A stretch of DNA of 64,000 nt from Bacteroidota bacterium (GTDB lineage: Bacteria; Bacteroidota; Bacteroidia; UKL13-3). The position numbers and the translations under genes are program-made. Below the pieces are notes generated by a model. The model did not search any database. It had not been told where the DNA came from and worked only from the letters and a program-made list of their open reading frames with translations. Position 1 is the stretch's first letter, and each line of letters begins with the position of its first letter. Shown here piece after piece: positions 16,863 through 27,134 of this stretch. Location: contig JAIXWW010000020.1 in NCBI GenBank assembly GCA_027491085.1, positions 72,586 through 136,585 of the forward strand, written 5' to 3'.

Positions 16863-17063
16863 CTACTTACCTATTCCCAATAAATTTTTAATCAACCCCA
16901 TGTCTGGAGTGCTAATGTAACCACCTTTGGTTAAGTTACGTTTGCGTTTAGTTGATTTTTTAGTTAAAATGTGACTTTTATAAGCTGAGCCTCTTTTAAT
17001 TTTACCACTTGGAGTGGTTTTGAAGCGCTTTTTAGCCGCACTGTTTGTTTTTACTTTTGGCAT
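16863..17063 (-). CDS. rpmI: 50S ribosomal protein L35
   Basis: 66 aa, starting [15 protein letters not shown]... Confidence 0.95.
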   Translation of the reverse strand: MPKVKTNSAAKKRFKTTPSGKIKRGSAYKSHILTKKSTKRKRNLTKGGYISTPDMGLIKNLLGIGK

Positions 17064-17104
17064 TTTAATCTCCGATTCTTTTTATACTTTACAATTTATC
17101 GATG

Positions 17105-17683
17105 CTATTTTTTAGGCTTAGGACTCATTATTAAATTCATCTTTTTACCTTCTAATTTTGGCAACATATCTACCTTACCCCAATCAGAAAGTTTTTGAGC
17201 AAATTGTAATAACAATACCTCTCCTCTTTCTTTGTACACAATAGAACGGCCTTTAAAAAATACATAAGCTTTTACTTTATGTCCTTCTTTTAAAAACTCT
17301 TCGGCATGTTTTAATTTAAAATCAAAATCATGGTCGTCAGTGTTGGGTCCAAAGCGTATTTCTTTAATATCCTGCTTTATTTGATTAGCTTTTGCTTCTT
17401 TAGCTTTTTTTCTGCGTTCAAACAAAAACTTTTTGTAATCAATTACTTTACAAACAGGCGGTTCTGCGTTTGGCGAAATTTCAACCAAATCTAATTCTTG
17501 TTCATCTGCAATTTCTAATGCACGCTGAATTGAATATACGCCTGGTTCAATACCTTCAGCAATTAAACGTACTTCTTTAGCACGAATTTGCATGTTGATA
17601 TTAAATTCTCCTTCACCTGGTTTCATTGGAAGTCTTCTTCCGCCAGGAACGTATGCCGATTTTTTTTTAGGTGGTAATGCCAA
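17105..17683 (-). CDS. infC: Translation initiation factor IF-3
   Basis: It has IRAKEVRLI near the N-terminus and the KVIDYKKF... C-terminal domain. The start is uncertain: the track start is TTG at 17683, and the ATG alternative at 17626 gives MKPGEGEF... Confidence 0.92.
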   Translation of the reverse strand: MALPPKKKSAYVPGGRRLPMKPGEGEFNINMQIRAKEVRLIAEGIEPGVYSIQRALEIADEQELDLVEISPNAEPPVCKVIDYKKFLFERRKKAKEAKANQIKQDIKEIRFGPNTDDHDFDFKLKHAEEFLKEGHKVKAYVFFKGRSIVYKERGEVLLLQFAQKLSDWGKVDMLPKLEGKKMNLIMSPKPKK

Positions 17684-17689
17684 TCTTTT

Positions 17690-19654
17690 TTATTTTTTTA
17701 TTGTTAGTTGTTCTTTTAAATAATTTATAAAATCATCCAATTTCATTTTACCCAAATCTTCGCCTCCGTGCTTACGCACAGATACGCTGTCTTCGGCCAT
17801 TTCTTGCTCACCTATGATAAGCATAAATGGCGTTTTTTTGGTTTCGGCATCACGAATTTTCTTTCCTATTTTTTCGTTTCTGTCGTCAAATGAGCCGCGA
17901 ATATCATTTATTTTTAGCAAATCCAAAACTTTTTGTGCATAGTCATGATACTTTTCACTAATTGGTAACAAAGCAAATGGCTCAGGAGTTAACCAAAGTG
18001 GGAAATTTCCTGCACAATGTTCAATTAACACAGCCACAAATCTTTCCAACGAACCAAATGGTGCACGGTGAATCATAACTGGTCGGTGTTTTAAATTATC
18101 GCTTCCGGTATATTCTAGTTCAAAACGCTCAGGTAAGTTATAATCTACCTGAATAGTTCCTAATTGCCATTTTCTACCAATGGCATCTTTTACCATAAAA
18201 TCTAACTTAGGACCATAAAACGCAGCTTCGCCTAATTCAACCACAGTGGTTAAACCTTTTTCGGCTGCCGATTCGATAATAGCACTTTCGGCTAATGCCC
18301 AATTTTCGTCAGAACCAATGTATTTGGTTTTGTTTTCAGGATCGCGCAATGAAATTTGAGCAGTAAAATCTTGGAAATCTAATGCTTTGAATACATAAAG
18401 TACCAAATCAATTACTTTACAAAACTCTTCTTTTACTTGGTCAGGACGGCAAAATAAATGCGCATCATCTTGAGTAAAACCGCGTACACGGGTTAAACCA
18501 TGTAATTCGCCTGCTTGTTCGTAACGGTAAACAGTTCCAAACTCAGCATAACGCACCGGTAAATCTTTGTACGATTTTGGCGATGCTTTATAAATTTCGC
18601 AATGATGCGGACAGTTCATTGGTTTTAAGAAAAACTCTTCGCCTTCGCGCGGAGTGGCTATTGGCTGAAACGAATCAGCACCATATTTTTCGTAATGGCC
18701 AGATGTAATGTATAAATTTTTATTTCCAATATGCGGAGTAATAACTGGTAAATAACCAGCTGCTACTTGTGCTTTTTGTAAAAACTGAACTAAACGCTCG
18801 CGCAAGGCAGCGCCTTTAGGCAACCATAATGGTAAACCCATACCTACTTTTTCAGAAAAAGTAAATAGTTCTAATTCTTTTCCTAATTTTCTATGGTCGC
18901 GTTTTTTTGCTTCTTCAAGCATTAACAAATGCGCATCTAACTCCGCTTTTTTAGGGAAGGTAATTCCGTAAATACGCGTTAATTGCTTATTTTTTTCGTT
19001 TCCGCGCCAGTATGCACCTGCTACAGAAGTAAGTTTCAAGGCCTTAATAAATCCAGTGTTTGGAATATGTGGTCCGCGGCATAAATCGGTAAAATTTCCT
19101 TGCGTATAAAAAGTAATGGTACCATCGGCTAAATCCTGTAAAAGTTCTAACTTGTACTCATCGCCTTTTTCGGTAAAATAGCTAATGGCATCTGCCTTGC
19201 TCACTTCCTGGCGGTTGTAAACACTGCTTTGCTTGGCTAATTCCATCATTTTATCTTCAACCTTTTTCAGGTCTTCTGTCGAAAATGATTGTCCGTTAAA
19301 ATCAACATCGTAGTAAAAACCACTTTCTAAAGCAGGACCAATTCCAAATTTAACACCTGGATAAAGGGCTTCTAAGGCTTCGGCCATTAAATGTGCCGAT
19401 GAGTGCCACATGGTTTGTTTTCCTTCTAAATCATTCCAAGTTAAAAGGGTTAAAGAAGCATCATCGTTAATTGGGCGCGTAGCATCTACAGTTTGCCCAT
19501 TTACTTTTGCTGCTAATACATTTCTAGCCAATCCTTCACTAATTGATTTGGCCACGTCTAAGGCGGTTGCTCCCCGTTCATACGAGCGAACGGAACCGTC
19601 TGGTAAAGTTATATTTATCATAAGGGCGGGCAAGATACACTTTTGATTTTGCAA
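17690..19654 (-). CDS. thrS: Threonine--tRNA ligase
   Basis: It has a TGS domain ([11 protein letters not shown]), an editing domain and a class II catalytic core. The track start is TTG at 19654, and ATG at 19621 (MINITLPDG) is more likely. Confidence 0.97.
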   Translation of the reverse strand: MQNQKCILPALMINITLPDGSVRSYERGATALDVAKSISEGLARNVLAAKVNGQTVDATRPINDDASLTLLTWNDLEGKQTMWHSSAHLMAEALEALYPGVKFGIGPALESGFYYDVDFNGQSFSTEDLKKVEDKMMELAKQSSVYNRQEVSKADAISYFTEKGDEYKLELLQDLADGTITFYTQGNFTDLCRGPHIPNTGFIKALKLTSVAGAYWRGNEKNKQLTRIYGITFPKKAELDAHLLMLEEAKKRDHRKLGKELELFTFSEKVGMGLPLWLPKGAALRERLVQFLQKAQVAAGYLPVITPHIGNKNLYITSGHYEKYGADSFQPIATPREGEEFFLKPMNCPHHCEIYKASPKSYKDLPVRYAEFGTVYRYEQAGELHGLTRVRGFTQDDAHLFCRPDQVKEEFCKVIDLVLYVFKALDFQDFTAQISLRDPENKTKYIGSDENWALAESAIIESAAEKGLTTVVELGEAAFYGPKLDFMVKDAIGRKWQLGTIQVDYNLPERFELEYTGSDNLKHRPVMIHRAPFGSLERFVAVLIEHCAGNFPLWLTPEPFALLPISEKYHDYAQKVLDLLKINDIRGSFDDRNEKIGKKIRDAETKKTPFMLIIGEQEMAEDSVSVRKHGGEDLGKMKLDDFINYLKEQLTIKK

Positions 19655-19814
19655 ATGGAAAGTAATTTTTTGTTAATTGGCAACTGGCGGACGGCAACTA
19701 GCCGCTGGCTGCTAGCTTATGTCCGTTGTTGTGTCTCCTGACAAACAACTGGATGCAAGATATTTCTGTTGATATCCTGATATTCTATAATTTTATCAAA
19801 TAAAATTTTCAACA

Positions 19815-20510
19815 ATGCATTTCTCCGAAATATTAAACATACTTTTGATATTAAAACAATCACAAATGAAAGCCATTGTATCGTATTTTCTTATTTCAAT
19901 GTTTGTAATGTGTTACTTAGTTAGCTGTAAAAATGAACAGAAAGATACCATAGAAACTGTATTTTTCACTCAAGATTCACTTTACAAAATAACATTCGAC
20001 AAACCATTGGAATTTGATACTTTTTATGCTTGGGAAGATATTGATGACAACAGTGCTTCGCATGAATACAAATATAGATTTTCCAAAAAAAGTTACCCAA
20101 GTCAACAAGAAACTGGTTTTTTATGGACTTCATTTGCAGATTCTACCTATCGATTTACAATTATGCATAACAGAAATTTCTATTGGAAAACATTAAGAGA
20201 TTTCAATAATGATAGTTCTATTGTTCAACTGAAAAATAGATTAGAATATCGAACTCTTATAGGTGAAATAACAATAGATTCATTAGAAGTAAAAAAAATT
20301 GTAATAAATAATCAAGCTTACGCAATTTCCAAATATAAGCAGAACGAAAATTACAAAAATGGTTATTGGACTTATTACCTTTTTGCTTACACTGTTGTTG
20401 ATAGTAATTTCATTTCTTTCACAGTTGATTGTAGATCTCAAAATTGTAATGGTTTTATAGATAGATTTGAGAAAACGATAAAATCAATAAAAATTGAGAG
20501 ATTTAAATAA
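19815..20510 (+). CDS. Hypothetical lipoprotein
   Basis: The likely start is ATG at 19866 (MKAIVSYFLISMFVMCYLVSC, a lipobox). No recognisable domain. Confidence 0.5.
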   Translation: MHFSEILNILLILKQSQMKAIVSYFLISMFVMCYLVSCKNEQKDTIETVFFTQDSLYKITFDKPLEFDTFYAWEDIDDNSASHEYKYRFSKKSYPSQQETGFLWTSFADSTYRFTIMHNRNFYWKTLRDFNNDSSIVQLKNRLEYRTLIGEITIDSLEVKKIVINNQAYAISKYKQNENYKNGYWTYYLFAYTVVDSNFISFTVDCRSQNCNGFIDRFEKTIKSIKIERFK

Positions 20511-20665
20511 AACTAAATTAGCTGATTATGAAAGTTGATATTACACTTTCGAACCTTTCTATTTTAAAAACAGGCAAAGCTAAAGCCATTCGCTTTAGTA
20601 CATTGGAAAGTTTATGCAAAGCTTTGGATTGCCAACCAGCCGATATTTTGGAGTTTAGTAAATAA
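20494..20665 (+). pseudogene. Truncated and frameshifted YozG/XRE-type small HTH regulator remnant
   Basis: 20528-20665 encodes MKVDITLSNLSILKTGKAKAIRFSTLESLCKALDCQPADILEFSK*, the C-terminal two-thirds of ~65-75-aa YozG-like HTH proteins. The preceding helix (LRDLNKTKLADY) is in another frame (20494-20529), and the first ~12 residues are missing. Confidence 0.55.
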
Positions 20666-20670
20666 AAAAA

Positions 20671-20696
20671 AGCGGAACTTTTTGGTTCCGCTTTTC
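20671..20696. terminator. Bidirectional rho-independent terminator
   Basis: Stem AGCGGAAC / GTTCCGCT flanked by an A-run and a T-run, between convergent genes. Confidence 0.8.
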
Positions 20697-20718
20697 GTTT
20701 TATTTAAAATAAATGATA

Positions 20719-21549
20719 CTAAGGTAAGCTAGCTTTAAATGCCATGTATTGCGCATCAAAAGTTTGACCAACCTTACTTCCATAACATTCCCAAACAGCA
20801 GTAATATCAGCTACACGTGTAGCTGGATTTGGATGAGTGCTTAAAAATGCTGGTGTGCTGCCGCTTTGCCCACTGGCAATTAACTTTTCAAAAAAGTATT
20901 TAGCACCTCTTGCATCATAACTGGTTCCATTTAAATACTTAACCGAAAATTTATCAGCTTCAGTTTCATCAGAACGACTAAAAGATAAGCCTAATAAGGT
21001 ATTAGCAAGTGTTGTTAATGCTCCTTGATTTCCTCCTGTTAATACACCAATCAAAGCGCTTGCACCATATTGTTCTACCATTTGGCCTGCACTATGGCGT
21101 TTATCTGCATGTGCAATTTCATGACCCATAACACCGGCTAATTGCGTTTCATTGTCCAAATACTTAATTAAGCCTGTGTATACATATATATATCCACCAG
21201 GAGTACAGAATGCATTTAATACGTCATCTTTTTTAATAATTTTAACTCTCCATGCGAATTCATCTTTGTAATAAACGCCACCGCTATCAAGTATATTTTT
21301 TGTTATTCTATAAATGTTTTTGTAAGCAACTGGGTAAGAAGCTGAATCTAAAATAGGATATTCAGTTGGATTTTTTTCAATTTCACTTACGGTTGCTAAA
21401 CCCATTTGTTTGTCTTGGTCTAGGCTAATTAATAAATTAGTTACTGTACTAGGTGCATATTTTCCTGCACATTTGTCTGATGTTCCCTCTTTACTACAAG
21501 AAGCAGTAATTAATAGAATGGCGAAAATGGAGATTGTAATTTTGTTCAT
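20719..21549 (-). CDS. M48-family zinc metalloprotease lipoprotein
   Basis: 276 aa with lipobox TASC, the HEIAHADKRH (HExxH) motif and a downstream E...D typical of M48. Confidence 0.85.
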   Translation of the reverse strand: MNKITISIFAILLITASCSKEGTSDKCAGKYAPSTVTNLLISLDQDKQMGLATVSEIEKNPTEYPILDSASYPVAYKNIYRITKNILDSGGVYYKDEFAWRVKIIKKDDVLNAFCTPGGYIYVYTGLIKYLDNETQLAGVMGHEIAHADKRHSAGQMVEQYGASALIGVLTGGNQGALTTLANTLLGLSFSRSDETEADKFSVKYLNGTSYDARGAKYFFEKLIASGQSGSTPAFLSTHPNPATRVADITAVWECYGSKVGQTFDAQYMAFKASLP

Positions 21550-21837
21550 GCTTGTAAAATTAAGTTTCGCAAATTAACCTTTTCAATTCTATTTTTGTAT
21601 GGGTGGGCAATTAAATTTTAATCTTTACTGTTAAGTTTTGTTTTAAGGACTTTAATTTGCTTATCAATATCATATTTTAAGTTGATTTGATAACGATTTG
21701 CCACACTTAAAAATCATCTTTAATAATGATTATTGAATTCTGTTTGGAATAATTTTATTACCAAATTCGTAGTTATAATTCTATACAGCAACCAGGCTTT
21801 AATACTCAGAGCGTAGTGAGATTAGAGTTTTGAATTT

Positions 21838-23613
21838 ATGAAAAACAATAAAATTTTAGACCAATCTATTTTTACCCTTTTTAGTGCATTATTGATAATA
21901 TTTATTTTTACCAGTTGTAATAATAATACAAACAAAAATGAGCCTATTATCCATGTTAAAACTGATTCTGTTTTTATTTACCCTTGTAAAAACAAAACTT
22001 TTAATATTCCAAAATTTAACCCAACCGGAAAATATTATTATCTGTGTAAAGTTTGGGGAGTTTTAAATTATCATCCTTTGCCTGAAAATGAAAATATTGA
22101 TTTATCTAATTTACAAAATCTTGCAGGTCTTGATAACAAAAATTTTAGGCAATATTTAATTAACTTACTAAAGCCAGTTGTGGTGAGTTATAATGCAAAG
22201 CAATTGCTTGAAAAAAGTGAAGATTCATTAAACAATGTTTATACCTTGTTAAATAACAATTGGTTAAATGATACTATTTATTTAAACAAAGAAATTACTA
22301 CCAAACTAAAGTATTTGGTTTTGGGTATTGATGGCCGAGAAATAAAACCCGATGTATTGAACCAAAGTAAGGAGGGTGTTATACAATATAATATTCCGCA
22401 CGATGATTTTGGAGAAGAATTTCCCAAAGCAAATTTGCGTTTACTTGGTTTATTCCATTATTGGAATTTGATTAATTATTTTTATCCCTACAAAAACTTA
22501 ATTGATAAAAGTTGGGATGAGGTTTTGTATTTTTCTATAAACGACTTTTTATTGGCTAAATCGCCTATTGAATATGATAATGCCATTTTAAAACTGATAG
22601 CCAACTTAAATGATGGAAACTCGAAAGTAAAGGAAACAAGCGTTTTAACTAGGGTTTATGGTAATTTTGTTCCTAATTTTAGAATGAAAAAAGTGGGCGG
22701 TAATTACTTTATCAGTGCAATCCGTTCATTTGATTTGGATAATTACGGATTAAAAATTGGTGATAAATTATTAGCAATAAATGGAATACCACTTGGCGAT
22801 TTGGATGATGCTATATCTCCTTTTGTGGCTGGTGGAAATGCTTTTTCAAAACAACGAGAAATAAATAAGCTTATTTTAGTGAGTAAAAATGAATACAACG
22901 ATTTAAAAATTGAACGCCATAAAACTGTTTTTACCAAGCAAGTGCAGTATTACGATTATGGTATATTAGCTGAGTTTGGACGAATACAAGAAAAAGAATG
23001 GGAAAATAAATTAAGTGTAGTTTGGTACCCAAATAACGTGGCATATTTAAATATGAATCACTTGTTTGATGATAATTTTTTACCAAATATGCATGAGGTA
23101 ATGAAAAGTAATTCGTTAATCATAGACTTGAGAGGTTTTCATAATGCTGTAGTTGAATCAAAAATGCTAAACTATATTGTTGAAACAGAAAATTGTTCAG
23201 TCAATTCTATTTATCCCGATGTTTATAATCCGGGCGTGTTAAGGTTTACTAAAGATAAAGTGCATGAATTGGTTATAGATGGAAAAAAATATGATCATCA
23301 AATAATAATAATTGTAGATGAAACTACGCAAGGTTTAGGTGAATATATTGTAAAAACGTTGCAGTTTAATAATAATGTAAAAGTAATAGGCTCCACTACA
23401 GCCGGTACCGATGGCAAGGTTTCGTTTTTTGTTTTTACGGGTAATATTGGAGTAGAGTTTAATTCAACAGGGGTTTGTTATTATAATTTTGAACAAACAC
23501 AGCGTGTAGGTGTTAAATTAGATAAATTGCTAGCTTATCAAATTGATACTACTGGTAATGGAGAAGATTTATTTGTAAAAGAAGCCTTACAAATGTTGAA
23601 AGTAAAACCATAA
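21838..23613 (+). CDS. PDZ-domain protein, putative S41-family (tail-specific-like) peptidase
   Basis: 591 aa lipoprotein (FTSC) with a PDZ-like LKIGDKLLAINGIPLGDL segment. The C-terminal IIDLRG...IGSTTAGTDG resembles the S41 fold. Catalytic residues were not confidently identified. Confidence 0.5.
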   Translation: MKNNKILDQSIFTLFSALLIIFIFTSCNNNTNKNEPIIHVKTDSVFIYPCKNKTFNIPKFNPTGKYYYLCKVWGVLNYHPLPENENIDLSNLQNLAGLDNKNFRQYLINLLKPVVVSYNAKQLLEKSEDSLNNVYTLLNNNWLNDTIYLNKEITTKLKYLVLGIDGREIKPDVLNQSKEGVIQYNIPHDDFGEEFPKANLRLLGLFHYWNLINYFYPYKNLIDKSWDEVLYFSINDFLLAKSPIEYDNAILKLIANLNDGNSKVKETSVLTRVYGNFVPNFRMKKVGGNYFISAIRSFDLDNYGLKIGDKLLAINGIPLGDLDDAISPFVAGGNAFSKQREINKLILVSKNEYNDLKIERHKTVFTKQVQYYDYGILAEFGRIQEKEWENKLSVVWYPNNVAYLNMNHLFDDNFLPNMHEVMKSNSLIIDLRGFHNAVVESKMLNYIVETENCSVNSIYPDVYNPGVLRFTKDKVHELVIDGKKYDHQIIIIVDETTQGLGEYIVKTLQFNNNVKVIGSTTAGTDGKVSFFVFTGNIGVEFNSTGVCYYNFEQTQRVGVKLDKLLAYQIDTTGNGEDLFVKEALQMLKVKP

Positions 23614-23656
23614 AAGTGCAAAGCCTTTTACTAAAAAATGGTAACATTGCGCAAGC

Positions 23657-24385
23657 ATGTTAACCAAAACCAAAGCCATTGTTATAAAAACCATAGATTA
23701 CAGCGAAAACAGTGTAATCTTAAAATGTTTTACAGAGCAATTTGGCTTGCAATCATATCTTATTAATGGTGTAAAAAATAAAAAAGGAGCTATAAAACCA
23801 TCACATTTGCTGCCTTTAAATTTATTGGATTTAGACGTTTACCATCAATTAAATAAAAACTTACAACGTATAAAAGAACTTAAATGTCAGCCCATTATAA
23901 ATAATATTCATTACGATTTATTAAAAAGCAGTATTGGCATTTTTATGGGCGAAGTGTTAAATAAAACCATTCAGGCCGAAAACCAAGCCGACAAAAACCT
24001 GTTTGAGTTTTTGTTTACATTTATTCAATATTTAGATTTAACACAGCAAAGTTTGGCAAATTTTCCGGTGTATTTTATGTTACAATTAAGCCAGTATTTA
24101 GGCTTTAACCCTAAGCTTAATTACAGTGCCGAAAACAATAGCTTTGATTTGGAAGAAGGTGTATTTAAACCAAGCGAAAAAGGCGATATAAAAGTGGTTG
24201 AACCTCATTTAGCAGAATACTGGTATAAGTTGTGCTCCATACATTTAGATGCATTTAGTACGCTAGAAATAAATAAAACTTACCGAAACGAACTGCTCAA
24301 TCATGTAATGCTCTATTTTAAAATTCATTCCGATGGTTTCAATGAATTGAAATCGAATAAAGTGCTGATGGAAGTGCTTGTGTAA
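23657..24385 (+). CDS. recO: DNA repair protein RecO
   Basis: 242 aa. The N-terminal OB-fold pattern MLTKTKAIVIKTIDYSENSVILKCFT and the overall length are typical of Bacteroidota RecO. Confidence 0.8.
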   Translation: MLTKTKAIVIKTIDYSENSVILKCFTEQFGLQSYLINGVKNKKGAIKPSHLLPLNLLDLDVYHQLNKNLQRIKELKCQPIINNIHYDLLKSSIGIFMGEVLNKTIQAENQADKNLFEFLFTFIQYLDLTQQSLANFPVYFMLQLSQYLGFNPKLNYSAENNSFDLEEGVFKPSEKGDIKVVEPHLAEYWYKLCSIHLDAFSTLEINKTYRNELLNHVMLYFKIHSDGFNELKSNKVLMEVLV

Positions 24386-24555
24386 ATAAATTAGAAATAC
24401 AAATTACGAAATTCGAAAGTATTCTGAGTTAATAAAAAAAATGAACGTTGAAGTTTGAAAAAATCTTTCTCTTTTAGATAAATATATTTTAGATAATAAA
24501 ATTTTCAACTTAATATTACAGAAACAAAACAATAACATTTTTTTAAGCTTCACAC

Positions 24556-25890
24556 TTGCAGACAAATTATATAAAAAACATATTTTATTTATGTTTAAGT
24601 TTAGTAGTTATTTTACTTATTATTAGTCAATTACAATTTTTAAATTTAGAGAAAATTGGGCTAAAAAAAGTAGATATACTAGCCGATATTAGGAAAGACA
24701 CTACTCAGAAAATTACCCAAAAAGTAAAAGTTAAAAAACAAAGAGACAATACTATAGCAGCAGACTTTATTGGTTTTGAAGATTTTTCGGAAAATAAATC
24801 AGGTATAAAAGCATTTGCCTTGGCTGTAAAAAAAATTAAAACCGACAAACAAAAAGTACGCATTGGTTTTTTTGGCGATTCGTTTATTGAGGGCGATATG
24901 CTTACCAGCGATATTAGAGATAGTTTACAATATTTATATGGTGGCAGTGGGGTAGGATTTGTGCCCATTACTTCAACTGTGGCGGGTTTTAGAGGAACCG
25001 TTTTGCACGAATTTGAAAATTTTGAAACGTATTCAATAGTGGGCAAACGTTCGGTAAATATTACTTTAGGAATTTCAGGAACTTGCGATGTTCCTTTGCC
25101 AGACAATAAATTACATTATACTTTGCCTTATCGCAATAAAGCTTACGATCATTTTGCGCAAGCTACCTTGTTTTACAATAATAAATCGGCTGATAGTTTA
25201 AATTGTAAATACCAAGTGAACGATTCGAATGTGAGAATAAAGCTAATTCCAAACTCAGGAGTGGCTACTGCTGTTATTAAAAGCAATTATGCACGTAATT
25301 TATCATTTGAATTTGCGCCAAGTAGCCAATTGCAACTTTATGGGGTAAGTTTTGAAAATAAAGAAGGAATTTACTTAGATAATTTTGGTATGCGTGGCAA
25401 TTCGGGTGTTGGGTTAGGTTATGTAAATACCAGTTTTTACAGTGCATTTAATAAAATTCAAGATTATAAATTGATAGTGCTTCAATATGGTTTAAATGCT
25501 TTAAGCGAAAAAGATACCAATACCATTTGGTACAAACAAAGCATGAATGTAACCATTAAAAATTTAAAACAATCTTTTCCAAATGCTACTATTTTATTGG
25601 TAAGTGTTAGCGATAGAAGCACTAAAATTAATGGAAAATTTGTAACCATTCCTAATTTACCCAATTTTGTAAACATGCAGCGCAAGTTGGCTATTCAAAA
25701 TAAAATATTGTTTTGGAATATGTTTGAGGCAATGGGAGGCGAAGGAACCATGGTAGAATGGGCCCAACGTAAAAAACCATTAGCCAATAAAGATTATACG
25801 CATTTAACTTTTAGAGGTGGTAAACAGCTTGCAACCTTGTTTTGCAAAGCATTAATTAGCGAGGTAAATAAAAATGGAAAGAAGAAGTAA
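24556..25890 (+). CDS. SGNH/GDSL-type hydrolase or acyltransferase, membrane-anchored
   Basis: 444 aa with an N-terminal TM and the block I motif RIGFFGDSFIEGD. The start codon is uncertain (TTG in the track). Confidence 0.6.
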   Translation: MQTNYIKNIFYLCLSLVVILLIISQLQFLNLEKIGLKKVDILADIRKDTTQKITQKVKVKKQRDNTIAADFIGFEDFSENKSGIKAFALAVKKIKTDKQKVRIGFFGDSFIEGDMLTSDIRDSLQYLYGGSGVGFVPITSTVAGFRGTVLHEFENFETYSIVGKRSVNITLGISGTCDVPLPDNKLHYTLPYRNKAYDHFAQATLFYNNKSADSLNCKYQVNDSNVRIKLIPNSGVATAVIKSNYARNLSFEFAPSSQLQLYGVSFENKEGIYLDNFGMRGNSGVGLGYVNTSFYSAFNKIQDYKLIVLQYGLNALSEKDTNTIWYKQSMNVTIKNLKQSFPNATILLVSVSDRSTKINGKFVTIPNLPNFVNMQRKLAIQNKILFWNMFEAMGGEGTMVEWAQRKKPLANKDYTHLTFRGGKQLATLFCKALISEVNKNGKKK

Positions 25891-27052
25891 AACACTGTTT
25901 GTTTTTATTTTGCTTGCAATGGCTGTTAATAATTTGATGGCTCAAAGTGTAGTTCCATTTGTAAACGATGAAAAAAATACAATTGGTAATGCCCAGTATT
26001 TGCAATCGTTTTATAAAAAAATGGCTTTAGTTGACGATAGCAATGCACAAGTTCATATTTTGCATATTGGTGATTCGCACTTGCAAGCCGATTTTTTAAC
26101 TGAGCAAACGCGTAAATTATTTAATTCTGAAGCTGCTCGCGGATTATTGGTGCCTTATAAAGTTGCCAAAACCAACTCAAGTTACATATACACTTCCAAA
26201 ACTTATAGCAATTGGGCTGGAAAGCGCTGCACTAAACTCGAAAATCCATTGCCAATAGGAATAGGTGGAATTACAGTACAAACTACTGATGATAGCGCCC
26301 GAATAATTATTACCACCAAAGACGAAAAAGGATTCAATTGCTTTAAAATATTTCATCAAAACGATGAGACAGCTTTTGATTTTGATGTGTATGATAATAC
26401 CGGAAACTCCTTATTGCCGCAGGCTTATATTCAAAATAAAAAATACTTCGAAACGGTATTTTACTCAAACGAATTGATTTATTCGGTTACTGTAAAAAAT
26501 AAGAAAACCAATAATTCACAATGGCAAAGTTTAATTTATGGTTTTTATGCAGGCAATGGTAAAAAAGGAGTTATTTATAATAGTCTTGGTGTCAATGGTG
26601 CTGAATATAGGCATTATAACGAAGCACAATATTTTGCCGAACAAAGCCAAGCTTTGACGCCTGATTTAATCATTATTTCGCTTGGAACCAACGAAGCCGC
26701 AAATTCAAAATTTGATGAACTAACGTTTTATAATCAAATTGATAAATTGGTAAACGATTTACAAAACTATAATCCCAATGCCACCATTTTACTAACCACT
26801 CCAGCTGATAATTATAGAAAACGTAGGTACCCCAATACCGTTATAAAAAGAGTAAGTGAAACCATTGTAACTTATTGTTTAGAGCATAATATGCCTTATT
26901 GGGATTTATATAAAATAAGTGGTGGTTATAAATCTGCCAAGTATTGGAAAAAGTATCGGTTATTTGCCAAAGACTTCTTACATTATAGCCGCCAAGGCTA
27001 CGAAGTACAAGGAACTTTATTGTATAACGCATTAATGAATAATAGGAAATAG
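25874..27052 (+). CDS. SGNH/GDSL-type hydrolase or acyltransferase, secreted
   Basis: 392 aa with a signal peptide and the block I motif ILHIGDSHLQADF. It overlaps the upstream gene by 17 nt. Confidence 0.65.
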   Translation: MERRSKTLFVFILLAMAVNNLMAQSVVPFVNDEKNTIGNAQYLQSFYKKMALVDDSNAQVHILHIGDSHLQADFLTEQTRKLFNSEAARGLLVPYKVAKTNSSYIYTSKTYSNWAGKRCTKLENPLPIGIGGITVQTTDDSARIIITTKDEKGFNCFKIFHQNDETAFDFDVYDNTGNSLLPQAYIQNKKYFETVFYSNELIYSVTVKNKKTNNSQWQSLIYGFYAGNGKKGVIYNSLGVNGAEYRHYNEAQYFAEQSQALTPDLIIISLGTNEAANSKFDELTFYNQIDKLVNDLQNYNPNATILLTTPADNYRKRRYPNTVIKRVSETIVTYCLEHNMPYWDLYKISGGYKSAKYWKKYRLFAKDFLHYSRQGYEVQGTLLYNALMNNRK

Positions 27053-27134
27053 TCAATTAGTAAAAATCCATTACCGTTCGGCTTTAGCCAACGGAAATCT
27101 CCAAATCTCCAAATCAACAAATCAAAAATATAAA

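Noticed and set aside
19655-19814. thrS upstream region as a T-box or other known leader
   Set aside because: It contains GC-rich direct repeats (GGCAACT x2) and small hairpins (AGCC-GCT-GGCT). I see no T-box specifier/antiterminator architecture and no recognisable riboswitch core, and Bacteroidota are not known to use T-boxes.
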